Of a stretch of DNA of 52,454 nt, positions 12,228 through 23,500 are shown piece by piece. The translations under genes and the position numbers were made by a program. Under the pieces are notes generated by a model. It was given only the letters and a program-made list of their open reading frames with translations, ran no database searches and had not been told where the DNA came from. Position 1 is the first letter of the stretch; the number at the start of each line of letters is the position of its first letter. The DNA is from Chromera velia (lineage: Eukaryota), in the NCBI GenBank assembly GCA_018398765.1, contig JAHBMJ010000257.1, forward strand, positions 1-52,454. The letters run 5' to 3'.

Positions 12228-12745
12228 CCCACGGGCTCGTTGTGACTCCGTTTCTATGAAAAAAAAATAAAATTCGGACGGATCCTGCGAGTACTCGCAA
12301 GATCAATTTGAAAAACTTGATATCCCGAATGAGCTTATTGCGACTCGATCCGCTTGCATGAAAAATGAACGATTGAAATTCCGGCTTATCCCGCAAAATT
12401 GAAAAAACTTGCTGTCCCATACGCACGTGGACTTGATCATTACATACAACTCCATGTAACTCCGTTTACAGGAAAATACAGGAAAAAAGACTGAAATTTA
12501 GGCTGATCCCACGAGATTTGAAGAATATTGAAGAATTAACTGGCTGCATGTTACTGTATGCTCCGTGAGCTCGTGGCTACTCGTGGCGACTCCGTTTCCA
12601 TAGGGGGAAAAAAATGAAACCTCGATCATCAAATTCGGGCTGATCCCGCGAGATTTGAAAAACTGGCTGTCCCGCGGGCTTGTTGTTTCAATGAAAAGAG
12701 AATGAAATTGGGCTGGGCTAGCTGCATGATCTTAAAAACTGGAAT
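12228..12745. repeat. Degenerate tandem array, 5 units of about 70-140 bp
   Basis: Core AAATT(C/T)(G)GGCTGATCCC(G/A)CGAGATTTGAAAAACT(G/T)GCTGTCCC recurs with variation at ~12270, 12375, 12493, 12631 and 12704 (partial). A preceding (G/A)ACTCCGTTT word occurs at ~12244, 12458 and 12588, and degenerately at ~12342. Confidence 0.75.
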
Positions 12746-12998
12746 CGTTACTGGATGCCCCGCGCGCGCAGAGCGCGCGAAGAACTGACTTCTAACATGC
12801 ACTTTAAATAAATAATTAAAAAACTGTATCGGTCAATTTCTATGTAGTCTATATCTTGTTATCGGTCGATCTTGCTTTGAATATAATTGTTGCAACCAAC
12901 GTACATTCATCCTGCTTGCGACTTCTTATTCTGGTACATTGTGCCTCAGCTGGAGTCTGACAGAAACACTAATTGAGTGCGTGGAGAATGGACGCAGC

Positions 12999-15900
12999 AT
13001 GGACGCAAGACGGCAGAGACTGGCGGAGAGGCGTTCGAGGAACACCTCGTTTCTGCCTTCTGCGAAAGCACAGTCTCAGCAGGTAAATATACGATCAAGT
13101 GAAAAGGTAGCGGAGCAGCACGCAGCACGCAGACAGAGCCAGAACAGTAGTGATCAAGGCGACCACCCGAAGGCCCTGGCCCCTCCACCAGTAAGAACGA
13201 GCGCCTTCCCAAACTTTGAAGACGATTCGACAGCCGGGAAGCCAAAAGACGCGTTCCCCGGTTTTCAAGAACAAGGTGCTTCGGCTTCCTCTTCGTCAGC
13301 TGATGACGATGACGATGATGATAACGAAGAAGAGCAAAGTACAGAGCAAGGAAAGACTGCACCAGCGACAGGACAAGGGGTAAAACCCAGGTCGGTCAGT
13401 TTGTCTCACTGATTCAAGGAAACCGAATGCCTGCATGTAGACGGAGACGGATCTGAATTCAACAACTTTCCGCAAGCACCTTCAGCATTTTCCATGGAGA
13501 CAATGTGTTTCAGTTCTTTTGCTGATAAAGTGTGCCTGACCCACTGGGTGGTGGCATGCCTGAAACACGACATAAATGCAAGAGGTAAATTAGAAGTGTT
13601 TTGTGCGTGCATACATGCATGAATGCAGGCAAACCGAAGCGGAGTCGAGCTCATCTGACGAGTCGGAAGAGAGCAGCAGCGCTTCTGCACCCACACAGAC
13701 AGTGCAAGATAAGGGACAAAGGGGGAGCGCGGCAAGTGGAGGCAGTGCAGGAGACAGAAAAACAGGTGCTCCGGTGTCTTCACCTGCAGATCAGAGCAGC
13801 AGCGGCAGCAGCAGTAGTGGCGAAGGAGAAGAAAGTTCGAGTGAAACGAGTGAGAGCAAGAGCTCTCCCGTTGCTGCAGAGGTCAAGCCCAAAGAGGATC
13901 AAGGCGTCACAGGGCAACAGGGCAGGAGGGCAAGTGGGAACAGTCAAAAGGAGCCTGATACACAGGCAGCTTCGCCAGCAGTAGCTGCAGGCGGTACTAG
14001 CAGCAGCAGCAGCAATAGTAGCAGCAGTGGAAGTGGGGAAAGGGTCTCCTCCCCTGAGGACCCTCCAGTGGCACAACCCAATTCTTCCTCTTCTCCGCGT
14101 GCGCGTCGCTCTTCACAGCGATCGAACAGCAACGGTTCGAATTCATCCAACCCGAGGCCTGGGTTGAACGAGGAAGGGGTGGTAGCTCGGAAGGACTCCG
14201 AAACCGCGGGGGTGAATACTCTTATGCAAGGACAAGAGCAAAATGGGAGGAGAGGATCGGTGCAGAGCAGTGCAAGCAGCACCTTCTCTGTGCCAGTAGC
14301 CACACGGGGAGAAAGGGGCGGGGCTTGGGACGGGAGAGATTCGGCAGACGGCAAAGTGGAGGGAAAAGGAAGGCGAGGTAATGGAGAGAGGCGACTGAGC
14401 GGCGGTTCTGTTGGTGAGCCGTCTCGCGGAGCTGACCATTTTCGTGGGTGGGTGGCAGAGACGGAAGAGAAGGAAAAAGAGGAAGCCCAATTGAGGAGAA
14501 CGACAGACGACTTCAGTCCCCCTGTGTTCTCTGCGCGTTTAGAGGACGAGGCCACCCTCAATTCTGCTCTGAAGAATGAGAGACAGCCTGAACAGTCCCC
14601 ACCAGTCATGGAAGCAGACAGCAGTCTCAAAAGGATCAGCGCAGAGTCTTTGGAGGTCAAAGAGGTCACGGAGACGAAAAAGCCGACGCTTGCCGCAATG
14701 GCTCGTCGTGTAAAAGAAGATGAAAAGGAAAAAACAGCGGAGATGGCAGCAGAGAAGGAGAAGCCAACACTTGCTGCTATGGCTCAACGAGCTAGTCAAG
14801 AGAGCAAGGCAGCAGCAAAGGACGCAAAGGGGAAGGGTGGCGTGAGGGGTGTAGGCCGTCTCATGGCTGCTTTTTTTCCGGGACGGAAGCAGGCAGCGGC
14901 GACTGAGGGAGGGGAAGAGAACGCGAAAGAGACTGTCGCAGAGACCGCGGAAAAATCAGATGCAGAGGAGAGGTACGAAAGCGAACAGAAATCCGCCCAA
15001 AAGTCGGGAGAGGCCTCTGCAGAAGAAGCAAAAGAGTCCTCTAAGCGAAACCCCCCAAAGCAGATGAGTCCAAAAGGATTTGCAAGAGCAGCGAACTTGA
15101 TGAACCTTTTCAGACGTTCCGACGACACCGAGCGTCCCCCTGCTGGCACAGACACGGCAGATGTCATCGCACTAGGAGAGAAAAAGGGAACAGACACAGC
15201 CGCAGAGGAAGCGACAGAAAACCCCACTGTGACAGCTGCAGCCCTCCCCGATGGCCTGGGTCTCGCCCCCTCTGCCCCCAATCTGGACCCCGCACAGGCC
15301 CAGCAGGAACTTATGCCCTTGTCCCAACCCCCCACAGTCGAAGAATCGGAGGGGCGAAGAAAGAGGGAAGACCGGATGGCAAAAATCAGAGCCGCCAAGG
15401 CTTTTTCCCAAGCCCGACCTCCCTCTGCTTCTGCGTTGAAATCCGCAGAAGCATCCAAAGAGGGGGGGGGGATTCAGATTCCCACAGCGACTGAATTTGT
15501 AGGGCAGCTGACGAAGGCCGTTTCCGGAATTTTGCATTCTGAAGATCTGTCCGAAGGTCAAAAGACGAAGAGTGAAAAGGGTATAAAAGAGAAGAAGATG
15601 GAGAAAGACCTCCACTCTGCCTCTGTTGAGGTGGGCCCTGACGACCCAACTAACCGTTCATTTTTCTCCACAGGTACCTTCTACCCCCTCTCGCATTCAC
15701 GCTTCCAGTCCGCAATGCTGGAAATTAAAATGCACGAAAGGTTGCAACAACGGGATCTGCCCCTCCCAAGAGGGGCCTGTGCATCCCTCAATGAACTCCT
15801 TGCAGACTTTGAGGGGGTCGGCAGGCGATCAGGGCTGTCGAAACCAATCGAAAGGGCAGATAGCGCCAACGCACGCTTCAGATCTGCAGGGAAGGAACAT

Positions 15901-17046
15901 TCAACCCTCGCTGCACGCCAAGACGCTTTTGAAAGAGGTGGGGCGAAGTCTTCTTTAGGCTGTAACGGCGAGGCGCCCCTCCTCGTTACTGATTCTTTCT
16001 GGGGTCCGTTGTGTCTCGACAGAGAGCGAGAGCCGAGAAGAACTGACAGATCTCAACCCCACACAGCGAATGCATTGATGAGACAGGCAAAGTGCAGACA
16101 GGACGGTGGATTGATTCTTTATCCGTCAGGTGCGACTCGAGCAGAGGACTTTGAAGAGATGGATCTGGGAGGATTCGCACCCCTGTCTGTTATACAGAAA
16201 AGAGACCGACAGAACGAGTTGACAGAGACTCAGAGAGAAGCCGAGTTACTTCGGCTTATGGAGAATATGCAGAGAAATGCAGACATGAGAAGGGAGGCGG
16301 ACAGGAGCCTCCAGTCAGCAACGGTTTTGGGAGAATCTTTCCGAACAGCAGAGGCAGAGGCAGAGGGAAGGATTGCGACTTCTCGGGCTCTCGTCGCCGA
16401 GAAGCAGAGAGAGAGCCCCCCACGCCGCCCTTTGAATGTTCGTGTGGAGGCCGATGGGGTTCTTTCACCTGTCAGAATGTCGCCCACTTCCCTTCCCAAA
16501 TCCACTGTAGCAGCGGAAGGGAGAGAGAAGGTCAGTCCCGTGTCTGTCCGAAGCCGGCGGTTCCCGACAAAAGAGGCAATGACCGAGTTGGATGGCTCCT
16601 CGAGACGGTATACGAAGGGAAGTTCTGTAGAGACACTAGAGCTGCCGTACTTTGGACCGATTCCCCCATCGTCTCTGCCTCGGCCGGGGGCTCTGGGTAG
16701 CGACACGCTCACGACAGAGCCCCGCCGTATGGCTCGTGAGTTTGCTCAGATGCCCGCACGCTTGTTTCCCTTCTCAAGCAGGCAAGGAGGGCAGGGGCTG
16801 CCTGGAGGGCGTCCGGGAGAGAGGGCGACTAAACAAGAAGAGGCAGCCAGAGTGTGGAAAGCAAAACTGGAAAACGCACAAATGCGTCCTGATGAGACAT
16901 TAGCCGAGGTGGGCCGGACAGAAAGGGTGCATCCAAATGGTTGCTTACCCACCTGCTTGCTTGAAACCCAAGAAAAATTGAGGGGATGGACAGGAATTCT
17001 TCTCTGTATTCCTTGGTTTCCTTCTCTTCTTTCTTTCTTTTTTTTT

Positions 17047-17085
<39 letters not shown>

Positions 17086-20000
17086 GCTATGTCTTTCACC
17101 CGCGCTTTGCACTTTCCTTTTTCGTTGTCGTGTTCGTCCTTTCCCTTTTTGTATATTTCCAAGGTCCACTCATGTCCTCACATACCTTCGCCTTGTGACT
17201 TCATTTTTCATGGACTTCCTTTCTTTGCTTTCGTTTACTTTTTCGCATCTTTGTTGTCTCCCGTGTCCACTTCTTCCTTTGAAGATCAACCTTTGCCCCT
17301 TGTCTTTCGCCTTTCCTGTATTGTTAGTGTCAAGTGCCATTCAATCAGTAAGGAAATCGACCTACCTATTGACCCACCAGCTGTATGAGTCGAAAATCGA
17401 TGCTCTTTTCCTTCCTTACCTGCCTGCCTTGACTGAAATTGACTTCCTCTCTGACTCGGTAGGTCTCTGATCTGCACGTCTTACCACTTCCACATAGCTT
17501 CTTTGCATGCGTGCTCTCGTGATCTTTTCTCTTGATCACTCTCATGCTTCTCTCATGCACGCAGAGCGTAGATGAAAATTCAGTTGTCGAGACTTTCCTT
17601 CGGAGGGCTGCCTCACCCTCAAGGTCACTGAACAGGAGGGAAGAAGTGGGAGCGAATAAAAGCAGTGCATGTTTGTGTGGAGGCGGCGCCATGTTTTCGG
17701 GATTCGTTCCCTTCCCCACGCCGTTGGCTCTTTCCGGACCCTGGCAGCATGATCATGTGAGTGGCGTGGGAAGGGTAAACACTCCAGAGGATAGTAACGG
17801 TGCGGGGGGGTTCGGAAGCAGGGAGAACCGTAGCAGCACGCCCCAGGCCTCAAGAAGCGTCCAGACCGTGACTGAGGGGGGCACTCAGACCTGTGCAGGG
17901 GAATTGGCGAGAGCCCAGGCAGGAGCTTCGCAGGGCCTGCAGGTGAATACGGCGGTACAGACGCCCAACGATGCGGATGTGCAGACAGACGCTGATCCTT
18001 CTTCGTTTCCCTCCTGTCTCCCGGGAGCGTTACGGATGGCAGACGCACAGATGCAGACACTTGCAGAAACGCATGTACAGACCGACCCAGATGAACAGAG
18101 GGGGGTGTCTGTGCAGACTGTGACGACTTCCGGAGTGCAAACGGTCGAGGGAGGCATAGCGACTTTAAGTGATTTGTCCCCCGAGGCACAGGAATTAGCT
18201 CGGCAGGGAATGAATATGAAGTTCTTAACCCCACAGAAGAAGCGTGGAGAAGAAGAGTATCCGCCGATGGACACGAGGATCACCCCTGATGATGCAAGAA
18301 AGAAGAAGAAGAATGCGAAAGCGGTGTTCCAAGCGAATCGATGGATCAGTAGGATGTTCAAGTCCAAGTCTCAACTGGGGGAGCAGACTGATGAAGAGAC
18401 CGCAGGAGACACCGAGGTAGAAGAAGAAGGGGAGCATGCAGACAGAGCGATGTCCCTTCTTGAAGCAGAAAAAAGCGTCAGATTCCGACAGAAAGCGCTA
18501 CCACGCGCTGCCCATGCATCTGTGTTCATGTCTGTGGCCCCCTCTCCCTTAGTTGAGCCGGCACAAGCACAGGAGAACCCCCCCCTCCCTCTGCTGAAGG
18601 GAGGCATGTCTGCTGCTTCCATGTTCATGGCACCACAGGTTCCCAGAGCCCCCCAGACAGACGAATACTTTGGGTCTAACAACGTGACTCCTCGAGAGGA
18701 CCCTCTCGCAACGACACAAAAAGATCCGCTTCAAGGGGCAGGAGGATTCCTAGACGCTCTGGGAACTGAGCATGAGAAACATTCATGGAAGGAGGAGGGG
18801 GGTGTCGGAGGGACAGAGAAGGACCCGAATGTTCAAAATCTTCACCTCACACGCTCTCCGAGGGAAGGGGAAGGGGAAGGGGAAAGAGGGATGGAGACAG
18901 ACAAGAGATCTTCCACAAATCGGATGCATGTCTACGCAAAGGCTTCGACTCTTGGTGCCCCCCGCAAGAGAGGTTCCTCAACCGCTACCGCCGGCCCAAG
19001 CCCAGAATATTCACGACCCGAAATTGCCTCACTGCCCAATGAAAAGCACCCTTCAAAAGAAGCAGAAAGAAGGGCGTCTGTTGAGAAAGCAGCAGACGTG
19101 ACACAGAGCCCTTCTTTGCTTCCCCAAACTTCAGCTTTCTCATTCAAACCCTCGCAAAGCACCAGCAGCGAAGGAGGTGTAGAGACTGCCAACGGGAAAG
19201 ATGAGCAGCAGAGGGGCGGACTTAGAAGGAGAGAATCAAGAGAACAAGAGGAACCGCAAAACCGTCGACGATCCAGCAATCAGAGCATTGTCGTCAATCC
19301 TCCTTTCGTCGATGCCGACTCCCAAAACAGACCCTCCATTTCGCAGAATTCCGATCGGGTGGCACCCCCATTGGGGCAGAGGTCCGACGAGCTGCCCACT
19401 TCAGACTCTTTCCTGAAAAAAGAAGAAAAGAAGAAAGGTTTTCAGGACGATGACGGGTCTGTAGAGGAAATGCCGCTTGTGGAGGCCATGCGTGAGGCCG
19501 CAGACCAACAGGCGAGAGGGTCCAAGCTCCGGGAGTGGGAGACTCCGGGTGATGAGGAGGGCGGCGACGGCCAGCCGTCTCCTCGGTTCCCCTCTTTTCC
19601 CCATGAGGGCGATGAGGCAGGAGCAGAAGAAGAGGAAGAAAGGGAGAATGATGCTGTGCAGGGGGCGAACAGTAAGTCTGAAAAGCGCCTGTCTGACTCG
19701 ATAAAAGAAGATCGGAGACGGCGTATTGCAGCTGCACGTGCGGGCATCGGATTGAGTCGGGGCAGCAGGAGAGAGTCACAGGGAAGTGTCTATCAAATTC
19801 CTTCAAAGGAGGGGACCCAGGAGGATTTGCAGGCAGCTTTGGACCGCGAAGAAGAAAACGGAGAGGATAGGGTTGAAGTGGGAAGGCTTTCCGAATTTGT
19901 GAAGCTGCCTGAGCCTCATGAAAACGTACAAATAGAATCAGGCGCTCTCAGAAGTCACCCAGAAGGTTCTGATGCCAGTGCAGAGGAAGACGAGGAGGAG

Positions 20001-20510
20001 GACGAAGATGGGGAGGAAGAGGAGGAAGAAGAAACAGACTCCGAGGAAAGAGAAGGGAAAAAAGCCTTTGAACAGACGTCGAACCCTGCCATATCCGCTG
20101 AGAGTCTGCAAGAGCCGGTAGAAAAGCGATTGAAGGGGCCGCGGCGTCAATCCTCCGCTGAAGGGTTCCCGCCCCACGAGGCCCCACCCAGTCTTCGTCA
20201 AGGCACTCGTATCAGCGTCACTCTCCCTTCAAAGACAAAATACCGCCGGCGTGTTTCAGAAATAGATGGGGCAGCTGAATCTGTACAGAGCTTGAACGCA
20301 GCAGCAGAAGAAGAGGTGTTAAAGAAACGACCGTCTTCCCTTCGATTTCAGACTCTTAATCTTGTTGGGGCGGATGTGGACGACACACCCAAAGCGGCAA
20401 TGGTGGACTTGAACTACCGCCAAATCGATATGCAAAAATCAGGGAGCGATCGTGGTCACTCAAACTTTGTTCCGTTAGACAACTTTTTAGACGATGAAGA
20501 CAGCGATTAA
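12999..20510 (+). CDS. Large intrinsically disordered S/E/Q-rich hypothetical protein, 3 exons, ~2205 aa
   Basis: Exons 12999-13390 (AG|gtcggt), 13629-16908 (tgcag| ... GAG|gtgggc) and 17565-20510 (cgcag| ... TAA) join the 157-, 1261- and 992-aa ORFs in phase. No recognisable globular domain. A short coiled-coil-like stretch lies at ~16200-16400. Confidence 0.8.
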
Positions 20511-23500
20511 TAAACGTACCAAACATAATATAGTATTTATGATCTTCATCCTACATCATCATGAGGATTACCATTGGCCCACTGGTAGGATTAAGCATAT
20601 ATAATGCATGTTTGACAAACTAGGCGTGGTTTTTGGCATAGTCGCTAAATAAATGAAATATTTTAAATCTTTGACTTTGTAAATTATAATTCAACTAATT
20701 TGTAAAATAAAAAAAGCCTAGAAAAATTAATTAAAACAGCCTTTAAACAGGCCGTATGCATAAAAACCTTAATTCAAAAAATCTAGCGAAAAATTGACTG
20801 TAAAAACCTTTTTGCTAAAAGTTTTGATAATTTGTTTTTCAAAAATATATATGCTTCAAAGATTTTATAGCTTTTTAGATTATCTAGCTGATTTATGATT
20901 TATTACAGTTTAATTGTTTATCGATCGATCCTTCTTATAGCTTTAAGTGGTGACGTGTAATCGGATACAGTAATCCGCCAGCCCGGCTAAGCCTCCGCGG
21001 GCCCGAAGTTGAACCTAGAGTTGAACGTAACTAAACCTAGAACTAAACGTAACTCAGAACGTTCACATTATGAATAACTACTGTAGACTATAGACATCTA
21101 TAGACTATATAGTATTTGATCACTGTACGTATAGTATACTAATACTATACGTGTCAATTGGTTGAAGCTAGGAAATTCGATCAGTTTTGTTACTTTTTTT
21201 TTGTTTCGTAACTTTCGTTATAATCCATAAAACCAATAAAAAAAATTTATTAAAAAAAATTCAGTTTAAAACTCTTCAATCCTATACTAAGCTTCGATCT
21301 CTTATTTTTTAATGCATTTACAGTATATGCAGAGCCCTGGGCAGAGCCCACCTTAAAATTGCACCTTTGTACTATTGTAAACAAACAATGATGAAAAGAC
21401 TTTTGAAGTTTGAACCAGCTCGGAATTCGATCTTTGCATTAAGTTAATTGAACACGGTTAGAACACCGCGACAAAAGGTCACAAATCGATCGGGTGCGTT
21501 TAAACGATCGCTGCTTGGTGTTTGGCCTGTTTGGACCGATTTTGAATTCATCATTGTTGATGCCGGCATGGACCTTGATATTTGAACACGGACAAATAAC
21601 TGAATTCTCAAACGATGAATGAATGGATGAATGGAACATGAATGAATTGAATTTTTTTAATTATTCGATCGACTTCAAACCACTTTCACCCACAAAGGGA
21701 TCAAACAAAAGAGATTGATCGAGATTAAACCAGAGCACGATCAAGTGAAACCGACGCATCTCATGCAACAATCTGAGACGCATTCAGCCCCCCCCAGTAC
21801 ATGAGTGTCATGACAAACGAAGGATAAGAAAGATCGGGTGGGACACGTGAGGAACGTTCGGTCGGTCCGTCGAATCGGATCTCGTCTTACTTGCGTCTTC
21901 ATGAATGCACGTACATTCGCTTACTGACTCATTCATCGATTCATTTACTCAATCACACTGTCATGCAGCTAGATAGACGGGAACCTGCAGCGCCCATGCC
22001 TTTGCAGGCAGGCTGCACAGGCCCATCTCCACGCACACAAATCGCATTGAAACGGACACGTTTGCACTCACTCACTCACTCGTTCCAAGCGCAACCACCC
22101 CCTTCTCAACATCCAAAAAACATGTGCTTGATGAAAGTTTTGGGAGGCAATCGATCAACCAAAACCCGGCAGGCAGGCAGGATGAGAGGCTACACACGCA
22201 CTTTCGTTTGAACTTCCTTTCAGATGGATGCACATGCAACGAAGAAAGGAATCATGCCACGGACTTGTCAAGCACACAGCACGCACACACGTGGTCCCCT
22301 CCAACCAACCCAACACACCCACCCGGAACGTTATCTTTAAATTCGTCCCCTTCCTTACTTCCCCCCCATGTATCTATCCCACCCCCCAAATGAACACGTA
22401 CGTACATGAAGGCAGCCATGCATCAAATCGACTCCCGACGAGCCCATGATTTGATCACTGACTGACACAAGAAGCTGTCCACTGGGTCAATCGACGCCAA
22501 AAAAAAGGATTTAATTCATTTTCATTAAAGAATTCGATCTGGTCTCTCGGGGATCGAAGGAAAGAAGAAATGACAACTCAATGTTGGGGGTACTTGATTG
22601 ACCTCTTCCCTTCCCTTCCCCTCCTTTTTGTGCAAGTCGATCGATCCATCCGTTTAACAAAATAAGTCAAAACCGTTTTTCAAAATGAAGAAATCAAAGA
22701 CAGTGTCTGACAAGGGTAGCTGCCCTTTCAGCTTGACCATGCAGACACCTACAGCAAGAGAGAAACAAACGAAACACATGTGCACCTACGTTTACAAACT
22801 TTCAAGGAAGGCCGGACATGGATGCATCAGTCGCGATGCCCCAATTGATCTGATTGATCCGCCTCGCTTGCATGTGCGTCCGTTTGAACGACCAAGAAGG
22901 AAACAAGCAAACAAACAAACAAAAAAAGAAATAAAAAGGGAAAGAGACAAACGAAGATTCTGGACACAGCCGGACAGACAAAAAATATGTCGGAGCTCCT
23001 AGTGTTCATGGCGGGGTGAGGCAGCAACGGAGGTCCACACCAAAATGAAATGGAGGCAGGCAACAAATAAGTGCGTGCCAACCCATTCCAGCCGCATGGA
23101 GGCAATTCAATCCCATCCACATGCGCGCATTCATGCGTACATGCACGGCACGATACGTTTCGCAAGCGGGTTGACAGTTCCAAGCTGTTCTCTCCTTTCG
23201 ACTCCTGCGTATTCTTTTCTGTTCTTCCTTTTCAAGAGGAGCGAATGTCTGCAAGGCCAGGTACGTGTTCTGTCTGAGTCTTCTCCGTTTTCATACCCGT
23301 CTCCTGACCAGTTGTTGTCTCTTTCGAGAGAATTCTTCAGGGCCCCTCTCTCTCTCTCCCTCCCCCTTTCTCTCTGTGCAAAGCCATTCTCTAATTTCTT
23401 CTTCTTCTTCCTGTTTTGATTCTTCTCCTCTTGGCCCCCCCGTGTCCCGTCTCTCTTCTCTTCTCTTTGTGCGTGGGAGTGCATGATAATTGTGCGTGTC

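Noticed and set aside
12228..12745. CRISPR-like repeat/spacer appearance
   Set aside because: The repeats are strongly degenerate, spacing is irregular, the intervening segments resemble each other, there are no cas genes, and the context is eukaryotic.
16909..17388. Hydrophobic 'transmembrane' C-terminus of the 1261-aa ORF
   Set aside because: It is translation of a (CTTT)n-rich intron after the donor at 16909.
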